The notes under the pieces were generated by a model. It was not told the DNA's origin. It searched no databases and saw only the letters and a list, made by a program, of their open reading frames with translations. A stretch of DNA of 64,000 bases, taken from NCBI GenBank assembly GCA_964016885.1, contig OZ024760.1, positions 4,650,001-4,714,000 of the forward strand, given 5' to 3'. The position numbers and the translations under genes are program-made. Of the stretch, positions 12,319 through 26,400 are shown piece by piece (the first letter of the stretch is position 1; each line of letters starts with the position of its first letter). The stretch comes from Eledone cirrhosa (lineage: Eukaryota).

Positions 12319-14414
12319 CGTGTATATATATATATGAGCGTGTATATATATATATATATATATATATATGAGCGTGTATATATATATATGAGCGTGTATA
12401 TATATATATATATATATATGTATAGCAGCCAAATCTCCCTCGAATTTATTACATCCTATTGTCTCAAAAATAAAGGAACGGCACATTGTACTATGGAAAC
12501 CCTGATGCTCTAAAATCTCAAAACAAAACAAAACGGAAACATGACTGGAATGTTTGTTTCATGGCTGACTTAGGTTTACGTAAACAACAACAATAACATC
12601 CGATAATTTATCATGACGATTAAAGTTGTAAGTGCTGACACACCCACTCCCGCGATCATGGTCGCATCGTTGTTTACCCCTGCTTGTCCAGTTTTGAATC
12701 GTAATTGTGTACAGTAAGTCTTATATTCATTTTGTGTGTCCGTTATATTTTGTTTTACTTAAACCTTGACGCTCTGTCTTCGTTGAATATAGACTTGATC
12801 CTCTGTCTTCGCTGAATATAGACTTGATCCTCTGTCTTCGCTGAATATAGACTTGATCCTCCGTCTTCTTTGAATATACTTGATCCTTTATCTTCGTTGA
12901 ATATAGACTTGATTCCCCGCCTTCGTCGAATGTAGACTTGTTCCCCCGCCTTCGTCGAATGTAGACTTGTTCCCCCGCCTTCGTCGAATGTATACTTGTT
13001 CTCCCGACTTCGTTCAATAAAGACTTGATCCTCCATCTTCGTTTAATATAGACTTGATTCTTTGTCTTCGCGTTCAATATAGACTTGATCCCCCGTCTTC
13101 GTTCAATATAGACTTGATCTCTCGTCTTCGTTCAACATAAACGTGATCCCTATTTTATTCAACACAACACAGACTTGATCTTCCGCCTTCGTTCATCATA
13201 GACTTTGTCTCCAACATTTGTCGGACACACACTTGGTCGCTTGTCTTCGTTCAATATGTATTTAATCATCTACCGTCGTTGGTCATAGATTTGAGCGAGT
13301 TTAGAACATTTTTTTCTAAACTAAGGGTAATACTGTTTTTATCAAGGACTAGGGTGACACAGCAACATCTATCTATAGCTATCTACCTATAGGATATCTA
13401 CCGTTGTAGAATAATAGCTATAACCAGGGCCTATGAGAGGGGGGGGGGGTCCAGACGGTATTTTGTTCCGGGGCCCAAGAGCTAAGAAGGTCACACAACA
13501 ACCATGCAACATCCATTTTGAGAAAAATGTTTGCCTGCTTCGGACCCCAAAGGGGTCTTGTACCGCATTGCAAAATTTCTCTTGGAGGCCCTGGCAATAA
13601 CAGCAATATATCTTATACAAATAAACCTAAGAATAATACATAAATAACCACCATCACTACCACTGATATGTGTCTGGACAATGTGGGAGAACGCTCGCCG
13701 CCATACACGTCCTCTCATGGTCCTTGTGGACACGTAAAGAGGAACCGCCTTGATAGATCCAGTGCAAACATTTCCTCGCTTCCTCTTGTAAAAGAGCAAA
13801 AAAAAAACGAATAAAAGAAAGAAAAGACATAGCTTAATGTATTTCTAGATCTTGAGGATGGGGCGGTGGGTGTGTGACGGAATCATCGCTGTAGGAACGC
13901 CAATCAGTCAAAGTTGACCTAGGGTTAAACAACAAAGATAACAACAAGAGCCACTACCACACATACACACGTGCGTTGTACATATCCAGCTAATCACATT
14001 GAGCTAGTTACCCATCTCCCCACCACCACCACCACCACCGCCATCGTGTTACCATATGTGGGGTTAGAAAGGTTTCCTACTCGCCTTTTCAACCTGCTAG
14101 AAATAGCAGTTAAATCTCGTCTTAAGAATGGTTGAATATATTGGATAAATCAGTCATGGATACAACAATAGCAACAACAACAATAACAATAACAACAGCC
14201 AGTTGCGATGTTTAGAAATAAACTATGACGACATCCCGTCAGACTTCGCGATTGCACTTCAGACACACACACGCACACACACGCACACGCGCGCGCACAC
14301 ACACATACACACACTCTCTCTCTGCCTGTTTCTCAATCGTGTTCCGCCCCTTTTCTTCTCTCACTCCTTCTCTCTTTCATCGATTCATTCTCTGTCTCTC
14401 CATTGCTTTCATAT

Positions 14415-14475
<61 letters not shown>

Positions 14476-17400
14476 CAAATACATACGCATTCTTACAAAC
14501 AAACATATGTACACACCCTCTCACACAAACATACATATATGTCTCTCTCTCTCTGTATATATATATATATATATGTGTGTGTGTTTGTGTGTGTATATAT
14601 ATATATATTCATACACACACACATGCTTGAACATATAAATACGTGCATACGGCACACACACGCTACATGGATGCATGCATACATGTGATTCTAGTATAAA
14701 TGGCATTAAATGTTGTAATGTGACTACGCACACGCAAGGTCTCTACGTGGTTGCTTGAATCGCTAGAAATAGCAGCTTAATGCCCATCAAATTACACCTG
14801 TCTTTTCCTCTTCTGCTCCCACTTATTCCTGGGAAGGTCTACAGTCCTCAAGTACTCCTTCCAACAGGGTCCTGTCAGAAGCAACCATCTCCAATTGGTC
14901 TGCTTGAATCCTCGAGAGGGACCATATGTTCCTGGGAAAGTCATAGTGGCAGAGTCCTCAAGTACGCCTTCCAGCTGTGCCTTTCAGAAGCAACCATCTC
15001 CAAATGATCTGGCTGGATCTTCAAGCAAAACTAGCCAAGCTCATGGATGTTATTGTTAAACATCTTGCTTGGGGGTCTACGCCTGGCTCTCCTGCTGGTT
15101 GGTTTTACCAGTAAAATCTGTCCGACAATTCTTTCCTGTGACATTCTAACAACAGACACGTAGTATAGGAACTGTAATCTCTGAATTCGGAGAAGTAGTG
15201 ATAGGTGGAGAGGTTAAAGTACCTTTGGGCTGTGTTCATAAGTGATATAAGACAGGAAGCTGAATTAAATGCAAGAATTGCAGGAGCTGGTGCAATAATG
15301 TGCCAGCTTCAGCATTCAGTCATCAGAAGAAGGGGGGTAGGTGTAAAAGCCAAATTTGCTATCTTCAGTTTGGTATTCTTGCCAACCCTTGCCTATGGTC
15401 ATGAATCTTGGGTAATAATCAAAAGAATATGCGACCAACAGATAGTATTTGCCAGGAGTTGTGATCAGCAATGGAAAGACCAATCGAAACATTGCTTCCT
15501 TGGTCTGATCTGATGATCTGCTTTCTTCTGCTAGAAATTGTGTCCAGCAGATAGTATCAGCAATGGAAAGACCAATTGTAACATTGCTTCCTTGGTCTGA
15601 TCTGATGATCTGCTTTCTTCTGCTAGAAATTGTGTCCAGCAGATAGTATCAGCAATGGAAAGACCAATTGTAACATTGCTTCCTTGGTCTGATCTGATGA
15701 TCTGCTTTCTTCTGCTAGAAATTGTGTCCAGCAGATAGTATCAGCAATGGAAAGACCAATTGTAACATTGCTTCCTTGGTCTGATCTGATGATCTGCTTT
15801 CTTCTGCTAGAAATTGTGTCCAGCAGATAGTATCAGGAACAGAAAGACCAATTGTAACATTGCTTCCTTGGTCTGATGTGATGATCTGCTTTCTTCTGCT
15901 AGAAATTGTGTCCAGCAGATAGTATCAGCAACAGAAAGACCAATTGTAACATTGCTTCCTTGGTCTGATCTGATGATCTGCTTTCTTCTGCTAGAAATTG
16001 TGTCCAGCAGATAGTATCAGCAACAGAAAGACCAATTGTAACATTGCTTCCTTGGTCTGATGTGATGATCTGCTTTCTTCTGCTAGAAATTGTGTCCAGC
16101 AGATAGTATCAGCAATGGAAAGACCAATTGTAACATTGTTTCCTTGGTCTGATCTGATGATCTGCTTTCTTCTGCTAGAAATTGTGTCCAGCAGATAGTA
16201 TCAGCAACAGAAAGACCAATTGTAACATTGCTTCCTTGGTCTGATGTGATGATCTGCTTTCTTCTGCTAGAAATTGTGTCCAGCAGATAGTATCAGCAAT
16301 GGAAAGACCAATTGTAACATTGTTTCCTTGGTCTGATCTGATGATCTGCTTTCTTCTGCTAGAAATTGTGTCCAGCAGATAGTATCAGCAACAGAAAGAC
16401 CAATTGTAACATTGCTTCCTTGGTCTGATGTGATGATCTGCTTTCTTCTGCTAGAAATTGTGTCCAGCAGATAGTATCAGCAACAGAAAGACCAATTGTA
16501 ACATTGCTTCCTTGGTCTGATGTGATGATCTGCTTTCTTCTGCTAGAAATTGTGTCCAGCAGATAGTATCAGCAATGGAAAGACCAATTGTAACATTGCT
16601 TCCTTGGTCTGATGTGATGATCTGCTTTCTTCTGCTAGAAATTGTGTCCAGCAGATAGTATCAGCAACAGAAAGACCAATTGTAACATTGCTTCCTTGGT
16701 CTGATCTGATGATCTGCTTTCTTCTGCTAGAAATTGTGTCCAGCAGATAGTATCAGCAACAGAAAGACCAATTGTAACATTGCTTCCTTGGTCTGATCTG
16801 ATGATCTGCTTTCTTCTGCTAGAAATTGTGTCCAGCAGATAGTATCAGCAATGGAAAGACCAATTGTAACATTGTTTCCTTGGTCTGATCTGATGATCTG
16901 CTTTCTTCTGCTAGAAATTGTGTCCAGCAGATAGTATCAGGAACAGAAAGACCAATTGTAACATTGCTTCCTTGGTCTGATGTGATGATCTGCTTTCTTC
17001 TGCTAGAAATTGTGTCCAGCAGATAGTATCAGCAACAGAAAGACCAATTGTAACATTGCTTCCTTGGTCTGATGTGATGATCTGCTTTCTTCTGCTAGAA
17101 ATTGTGTCCAGCAGATAGTATCAGCAACAGAAAGACCAATTGTAACATTGCTTCCTTGGTCTGATGTGATGATCTGCTTTCTTCTGCTAGAAATTGTGTC
17201 CAGCAGATAGTATCAGCAATGGAAAGACCAATTGTAACATTGCTTCCTTGGTCTGATGTGATGATCTGCTTTCTTCTGCTAGAAATTGTGTCCAGCAGAT
17301 AGTATCAGCAACAGAAAGACCAATTGTAACATTGCTTCCTTGGTCTGATGTGATGATCTGCTTTCTTCTGCTAGAAATTGTGTCCAGCAGATAGTATCAG

Positions 17401-20400
17401 CAACAGAAAGACCAATTGTAACATTGCTTCCTTGGTCTGATGTGATGATCTGCTTTCTTCTGCTAGAAATTGTGTCCAGCAGATAGTATCAGCAACAGAA
17501 AGACCAATTGTAACATTGCTTCCTTGGTCTGATGTGATGATCTGCTTTCTTCTGCTAGAAATTGTGTCCAGCAGATAGTATCAGCAACAGAAAGACCAAT
17601 TGTAACATTGCTTCCTTGGTCTGATGTGATGATCTGCTTTCTTCTGCTAGAAATTGTGTCCAGCAGATAGTATCAGCAACAGAAAGACCAATTGTAACAT
17701 TGCTTCCTTGGTCTGATGTGATGATCTGCTTTCTTCTGCTAGAAATTGTGTCCAGCAGATAGTATCAGCAACAGAAAGACCAATTGTAACATTGCTTCCT
17801 TGGTCTGATGTGATGATCTGCTTTCTTCTGCTAGAAATTGTGTCCAGCAGATAGTATCAGCAATGGAAAGACCAATTGTAACATTGCTTCCTTGGTCTGA
17901 TGTGATGATCTGCTTTCTTCTGCTAGAAATTGTGTCCAGCAGATAGTATCAGCAACAGAAAGACCAATTGTAACATTGCTTCCTTGGTCTGATGTGATGA
18001 TCTGCTTTCTTCTGCTAGAAATTGTGTCCAGCAGATAGTATCAGCAATGGAAAGACCAATTGTAACATTGTTTCCTTGGTCTGATCTGATGATCTGCTTT
18101 CTTCTGCTAGAAATTGTGTCCAGCAGATAGTATCAGGAACAGAAAGACCAATTGTAACATTGCTTCCTTGGTCTGATGTGATGATCTGCTTTCTTCTGCT
18201 AGAAATTGTGTCCAGCAGATAGTATCAGCAACAGAAAGACCAATTGTAACATTGCTTCCTTGGTCTGATGTGATGATCTGCTTTCTTCTGCTAGAAATTG
18301 TGTCCAGCAGATAGTATCAGCAATGGAAAGACCAATTGTAACATTGCTTCCTTGGTCTGATGTGATGATCTGCTTTCTTCTGCTAGAAATTGTGTCCAGC
18401 AGATAGTATCAGCAACAGAAAGACCAATTGTAACATTGCTTCCTTGGTCTGATCTGATGATCTGCTTTCTTCTGCTAGAAATTGTGTCCAGCAGATAGTA
18501 TCAGCAATGGAAAGACCAATTGTAACATTGTTTCCTTGGTCTGATCTGATGATCTGCTTTCTTCTGCTAGAAATTGTGTCCAGCAGATAGTATCAGCAAC
18601 AGAAAGACCAATTGTAACATTGCTTCCTTGGTCTGATGTGATGATCTGCTTTCTTCTGCTAGAAATTGTGTCCAGCAGATAGTATCAGCAATGGAAAGAC
18701 CAATTGTAACATTGTTTCCTTGGTCTGATCTGATGATCTGCTTTCTTCTGCTAGAAATTGTGTCCAGCAGATAGTATCAGGAACAGAAAGACCAATTGTA
18801 ACATTGCTTCCTTGGTCTGATGTGATGATCTGCTTTCTTCTGCTAGAAATTGTGTCCAGCAGATAGTATCAGCAACAGAAAGACCAATTGTAACATTGCT
18901 TCCTTGGTCTGATGTGATGATCTGCTTTCTTCTGCTAGAAATTGTGTCCAGCAGATAGTATCAGCAATGGAAAGACCAATTGTAACATTGCTTCCTTGGT
19001 CTGATGTGATGATCTGCTTTCTTCTGCTAGAAATTGTGTCCAGCAGATAGTATCAGCAATGGAAAGACCAATTGTAACATTGCTTCCTTGGTCTGATGTG
19101 ATGATCTGCTTTCTTCTGCTAGAAATTGTGTCCAGCAGATAGTATCAGCAACAGAAAGACCAATTGTAACATTGCTTCCTTGGTCTGATCTGATGATCTG
19201 CTTTCTTCTGCTAGAAATTGTGTCCAGCAGATAGTATCAGCAACAGAAAGACCAATTGTAACATTGCTTCCTTGGTCTGATCTGATGATCTGCTTTCTTC
19301 TGCTAGAAATTGTGTCCAGCAGATAGTATCAGGAACAGAAAGACCAATTGTAACATTGCTTCCTTGGTCTGATCTGATGATCTGCTTTCTTCTGCTAGAA
19401 ATTGTGTCCAGCAGATAGTATCAGCAATGGAAAGACCAATTGTAACATTGCTTCCTTGGTCTGATCTGATGATCTGCTTTCTTCTGCTAGAAATTGTGTC
19501 CAGCAGATAGTATCAGCAATGGAAAGACCAATTGTAACATTGCTTCCTTGGTCTCATCTGATGATCTGCTTTCTTCTGCTAGAAATTGTGTCCAGCAGAT
19601 AGTATCAGCAATGGAAAGACCAATTGTAACATTGCTTCCTTGGTCTGATCTGATGATCTGCTTTCTTCTGCTAGAAATTGTGTCCAGCAGATAGTATCAG
19701 CAATGGAAAGACCAATTGTAACATTGTTTCCTTGGTCTGATCTGATGATCTGCTTTCTTCTGCTAGAAATTGTGTCCAGCAGATAGTATCAGCAATGGAA
19801 AGACCAATTGTAACATTGCTTCCTTGGTCTGATGTGATGATCTGCTTTCTTCTGCTAGAAATTGTGTCCAGCAGATAGTATCAGCAATGGAAAGACCAAT
19901 TGTAACATTGCTTCCTTGGTCTGATGTGATGATCTGCTTTCTTCTGCTAGAAATTGTGTCCAGCAGATAGTATCAGCAACAGAAAGACCAATCGTAACAT
20001 TGCTTCCTTGGTCTGATGTGATGATCTGCTTTCTTCTGCTAGAAATTGTGTCCAGCAGATAGTATCAGCAATGGAAAGACCAATTGTAACATTGCTTCCT
20101 TGGTCTGATCTGATGATCTGCTTTCTTCTGCTAGAAATTGTGTCCAGCAGATAGTATCAGCAATGGAAAGACCAATTGTAACATTGCTTCCTTGGTCTGA
20201 TGTGATGATCTGCTTTCTTCTGCTAGAAATTGTGTCCAGCAGATAGTATCAGCAATGGAAAGACCAATTGTAACATTGTTTCCTTGGTCTGATCTGATGA
20301 TCTGCTTTCTTCTGCTAGAAATTGTGTCCAGCAGATAGTATCAGGAACAGAAAGACCAATTGTAACATTGCTTCCTTGGTCTGATGTGATGATCTGCTTT

Positions 20401-23400
20401 CTTCTGCTAGAAATTGTGTCCAGCAGATAGTATCAGCAACAGAAAGACCAATTGTAACATTGCTTCCTTGGTCTGATCTGATGATCTGCTTTCTTCTGCT
20501 AGAAATTGTGTCCAGCAGATAGTATCAGCAATGGAAAGACCAATTGTAACATTGCTTCCTTGGTCTGATCTGATGATCTGCTTTCTTCTGCTAGAAATTG
20601 TGTCCAGCAGATAGTATCAGGAACAGAAAGACCAATTGTAACATTGCTTCCTTGGTCTGATCTGATGATCTGCTTTCTTCTGCTAGAAATTGTGTCCAGC
20701 AGATAGTATCAGCAATGGAAAGACCAATTGTAACATTGCTTCCTTGGTCTGATCTGATGATCTGCTTTCTTCTGCTAGAAATTGTGTCCAGCAGATAGTA
20801 TCAGCAATGGAAAGACCAATTGTAACATTGTTTCCTTGGTCTGATCTGATGATCTGCTTTCTTCTGCTAGAAATTGTGTCCAGCAGATAGTATCAGCAAC
20901 AGAAAGACCAATTGTAACATTGCTTCCTTGGTCTGATCTGATGATCTGCTTTCTTCTGCTAGAAATTGTGTCCAGCAGATAGTATCAGCAATGGAAAGAC
21001 CAATTGTAACATTGCTTCCTTGGTCTGATCTGATGATCTGCTTTCTTCTGCTAGAAATTGTGTCCAGCAGATAGTATCAGGAACAGAAAGACCAATTGTA
21101 ACATTGCTTCCTTGGTCTGATCTGATGATCTGCTTTCTTCTGCTAGAAATTGTGTCCAGCAGATAGTATCAGCAATGGAAAGACCAATTGTAACATTGCT
21201 TCCTTGGTCTGATCTGATGATCTGCTTTCTTCTGCTAGAAATTGTGTCCAGCAGATAGTATCAGCAATGGAAAGACCAATTGTAACATTGCTTCCTTGGT
21301 CTGATCTGATGATCTGCTTTCTTCTGCTAGAAATTGTGTCCAGCAGATAGTATCAGCAATGGAAAGACCAATTGTAACATTGCTTCCTTGGTCTGATCTG
21401 ATGATCTGCTTTCTTCTGCTAGAAATTGTGTCCAGCAGATAGTATCAGCAATGGAAAGACCAATTGTAACATTGCTTCCTTGGTCTGATGTGATGATCTG
21501 CTTTCTTCTGCTAGAAATTGTGTCCAGCAGATAGTATCAGCAACAGAAAGACCAATTGTAACATTGCTTCCTTGGTCTGATCTGATGATCTGCTTTCTTC
21601 TGCTAGAAATTGTGTCCAGCAGATAGTATCAGCAATGGAAAGACCAATTGTAACATTGCTTCCTTGGTCTGATCTGATGATCTGCTTTCTTCTGCTAGAA
21701 ATTGTGTCCAGCAGATAGTATCAGCAATGGAAAGACCAATTGTAACATTGCTTCCTTGGTCTGATCTGATGATCTGCTTTCTTCTGCTAGAAATTGTGTC
21801 CAGCAGATAGTATCAGCAATGGAAAGACCAATTGTAACATTGCTTCCTTGGTCTGATCTGATGATCTGCTTTCTTCTGCTAGAAATTGTGTCCAGCAGAT
21901 AGTATCAGCAATGGAAAGACCAATTGTAACATTGCTTCCTTGGTCTGATCTGATGATCTGCTTTCTTCTGCTAGAAATTGTGTCCAGCAGATAGTATCAG
22001 CAATGGAAAGACCAATTGTAACATTGCTTCCTTGGTCTGATGTGATGATCTGCTTTCTTCTGCTAGAAATTGTGTCCAGCAGATAGTATCAGCAATTGAA
22101 AGACCAATTGTAACATTGCTTCCTTGGTCTGATCTGATGATCTGCTTTCTTCTGCTAGAAATTGTGTCCAGCAGATAGTATCAGCAATGGAAAGACCAAT
22201 TGTAACATTGCTTCCTTGGTCTGATCTGATGATCTGCTTTCTTCTGCTAGAAATTGTGTCCAGCAGATAGTATCAGCAATGGAAAGACCAATTGTAACAT
22301 TGCTTCCTTGGTCTGATCTGATGATCTGCTTTCTTCTGCTAGAAATTGTGTCCAGCAGATAGTATCAGCAATGGAAAGACCAATTGTAACATTGCTTCCT
22401 TGGTCTGATCTGATGATCTGCTTTCTTCTGCTAGAAATTGTGTCCAGCAGATAGTATCAGGAACAGAAAGACCAATTGTAACATTGTTTCCTTGGTCTGA
22501 TGTGATGATCTGCTTTCTTCTGCTAGAAATTGTGTCCAGCAGATAGTATCAGCAACAGAAAGACCAATTGTAACATTGCTTCCTTGGTCTGATCTGATGA
22601 TCTGCTTTCTTCTGCTAGAAATTGTGTCCAGCAGATAGTATCAGCAATTGAAAGACCAATTGTAACATTGCTTCCTTGGTCTGATCTGATGATCTGCTTT
22701 CTTCTGCTAGAAATTGTGTCCAGCAGATAGTATCAGCAATGGAAAGACCAATTGTAACATTGCTTCCTTGGTCTGATGTGATGATCTGCTTTCTTCTGCT
22801 AGAAATTGTGTCCAGCAGATAGTATCAGCAATGGAAAGACCAATTGTAACATTGTTTCCTTGGTCTGATCTGATGATCTGCTTTCTTCTGCTAGAAATTG
22901 TGTCCAGCAGATAGTATCAGGAACAGAAAGACCAATTGTAACATTGCTTCCTTGGTCTGATGTGATGATCTGCTTTCTTCTGCTAGAAATTGTGTCCAGC
23001 AGATAGTATCAGCAACAGAAAGACCAATCGTAACATTGCTTCCTTGGTCTGATCTGATGATCTGCTTTCTTCTGCTAGAAATTGTGTCCAGCAGATAGTA
23101 TCAGCAACAGAAAGACCAATTGTAACATTGCTTCCTTGGTCTGATCTGATGATCTGCTTTCTTCTGCTAGAAATTGTGTCCAGCAGATAGTATCAGCAAC
23201 AGAAAGACCAATCGTAACATTGCTTCCTTGGTCTGATGTGATGATCTGCTTTCTTCTGCTAGAAATTGTGTCCAGCAGATAGTATCAGCAACAGAAAGAC
23301 CAATTGTAACATTGCTTCCTTGGTCTGATCTGATGATCTGCTTTCTTCTGCTAGAAATTGTGTCCAGCAGATAGTATCAGGAACAGAAAGACCAATTGTA

Positions 23401-26400
23401 ACATTGCTTCCTTGGTCTGATCTGATGATCTGCTTTCTTCTGCTAGAAATTGTGTCCAGCAGATAGTATCAGCAATGGAAAGACCAATTGTAACATTGCT
23501 TCCTTGGTCTGATCTGATGATCTGCTTTCTTCTGCTAGAAATTGTGTCCAGCAGATAGTATCAGCAATGGAAAGACCAATTGTAACATTGTTTCCTTGGT
23601 CTGATCTGATGATCTGCTTTCTTCTGCTAGAAATTGTGTCCAGCAGATAGTATCAGCAACAGAAAGACCAATTGTAACATTGCTTCCTTGGTCTGATCTG
23701 ATGATCTGCTTTCTTCTGCTAGAAATTGTGTCCAGCAGATAGTATCAGCAATGGAAAGACCAATTGTAACATTGCTTCCTTGGTCTGATCTGATGATCTG
23801 CTTTCTTCTGCTAGAAATTGTGTCCAGCAGATAGTATCAGGAACAGAAAGACCAATTGTAACATTGCTTCCTTGGTCTGATCTGATGATCTGCTTTCTTC
23901 TGCTAGAAATTGTGTCCAGCAGATAGTATCAGCAATGGAAAGACCAATTGTAACATTGCTTCCTTGGTCTGATCTGATGATCTGCTTTCTTCTGCTAGAA
24001 ATTGTGTCCAGCAGATAGTATCAGGAACAGAAAGACCAATTGTAACATTGCTTCCTTGGTCTGATGTGATGATCTGCTTTCTTCTGCTAGAAATTGTGTC
24101 CAGCAGATAGTATCAGCAACAGAAAGACCAATCGTAACATTGCTTCCTTGGTCTGATCTGATGATCTGCTTTCTTCTGCTAGAAATTGTGTCCAGCAGAT
24201 AGTATCAGGAACAGAAAGACCAATTGTAACATTGCTTCCTTGGTCTGATCTGATGATCTGCTTTCTTCTGCTAGAAATTGTGTCCAGCAGATAGTATCAG
24301 CAACAGAAAGACCAATCGTAACATTGCTTCCTTGGTCTGATGTGATGATCTGCTTTCTTCTGCTAGAAATTGTGTCCAGCAGATAGTATCAGCAACAGAA
24401 AGACCAATTGTAACATTGCTTCCTTGGTCTGATCTGATGATCTGCTTTCTTCTGCTAGAAATTGTGTCCAGCAGATAGTATCAGGAACAGAAAGACCAAT
24501 TGTAACATTGCTTCCTTGGTCTGATCTGATGATCTGCTTTCTTCTGCTAGAAATTGTGTCCAGCAGATAGTATCAGCAATGGAAAGACCAATTGTAACAT
24601 TGCTTCCTTGGTCTGATCTGATGATCTGCTTTCTTCTGCTAGAAATTGTGTCCAGCAGATAGTATCAGCAATGGAAAGACCAATTGTAACATTGTTTCCT
24701 TGGTCTGATCTGATGATCTGCTTTCTTCTGCTAGAAATTGTGTCCAGCAGATAGTATCAGCAACAGAAAGACCAATTGTAACATTGCTTCCTTGGTCTGA
24801 TCTGATGATCTGCTTTCTTCTGCTAGAAATTGTGTCCAGCAGATAGTATCAGCAATGGAAAGACCAATTGTAACATTGCTTCCTTGGTCTGATCTGATGA
24901 TCTGCTTTCTTCTGCTAGAAATTGTGTCCAGCAGATAGTATCAGGAACAGAAAGACCAATTGTAACATTGCTTCCTTGGTCTGATCTGATGATCTGCTTT
25001 CTTCTGCTAGAAATTGTGTCCAGCAGATAGTATCAGCAATGGAAAGACCAATTGTAACATTGCTTCCTTGGTCTGATCTGATGATCTGCTTTCTTCTGCT
25101 AGAAATTGTGTCCAGCAGATAGTATCAGCAATGGAAAGACCAATTGTAACATTGCTTCCTTGGTCTGATCTGATGATCTGCTTTCTTCTGCTAGAAATTG
25201 TGTCCAGCAGATAGTATCAGCAATGGAAAGACCAATTGTAACATTGCTTCCTTGGTCTGATCTGATGATCTGCTTTCTTCTGCTAGAAATTGTGTCCAGC
25301 AGATAGTATCAGCAATGGAAAGACCAATTGTAACATTGCTTCCTTGGTCTGATGTGATGATCTGCTTTCTTCTGCTAGAAATTGTGTCCAGCAGATAGTA
25401 TCAGCAACAGAAAGACCAATTGTAACATTGCTTCCTTGGTCTGATCTGATGATCTGCTTTCTTCTGCTAGAAATTGTGTCCAGCAGATAGTATCAGCAAT
25501 GGAAAGACCAATTGTAACATTGCTTCCTTGGTCTGATCTGATGATCTGCTTTCTTCTGCTAGAAATTGTGTCCAGCAGATAGTATCAGCAATGGAAAGAC
25601 CAATTGTAACATTGCTTCCTTGGTCTGATCTGATGATCTGCTTTCTTCTGCTAGAAATTGTGTCCAGCAGATAGTATCAGCAATGGAAAGACCAATTGTA
25701 ACATTGCTTCCTTGGTCTGATCTGATGATCTGCTTTCTTCTGCTAGAAATTGTGTCCAGCAGATAGTATCAGCAATGGAAAGACCAATTGTAACATTGCT
25801 TCCTTGGTCTGATCTGATGATCTGCTTTCTTCTGCTAGAAATTGTGTCCAGCAGATAGTATCAGCAATGGAAAGACCAATTGTAACATTGCTTCCTTGGT
25901 CTGATGTGATGATCTGCTTTCTTCTGCTAGAAATTGTGTCCAGCAGATAGTATCAGCAATTGAAAGACCAATTGTAACATTGCTTCCTTGGTCTGATCTG
26001 ATGATCTGCTTTCTTCTGCTAGAAATTGTGTCCAGCAGATAGTATCAGCAATGGAAAGACCAATTGTAACATTGCTTCCTTGGTCTGATCTGATGATCTG
26101 CTTTCTTCTGCTAGAAATTGTGTCCAGCAGATAGTATCAGCAATGGAAAGACCAATTGTAACATTGCTTCCTTGGTCTGATCTGATGATCTGCTTTCTTC
26201 TGCTAGAAATTGTGTCCAGCAGATAGTATCAGCAATGGAAAGACCAATTGTAACATTGCTTCCTTGGTCTGATCTGATGATCTGCTTTCTTCTGCTAGAA
26301 ATTGTGTCCAGCAGATAGTATCAGGAACAGAAAGACCAATTGTAACATTGTTTCCTTGGTCTGATGTGATGATCTGCTTTCTTCTGCTAGAAATTGTGTC

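Noticed and set aside
15590-15700. Array monomer as a canonical hammerhead (has CTGATGA, GAAA and a stem III-like AGACCAA/TTGGTCT)
   Set aside because: The cleavage position would be G (not H), no stem II closes directly onto GAAA, and there is no room for stem I within a monomer
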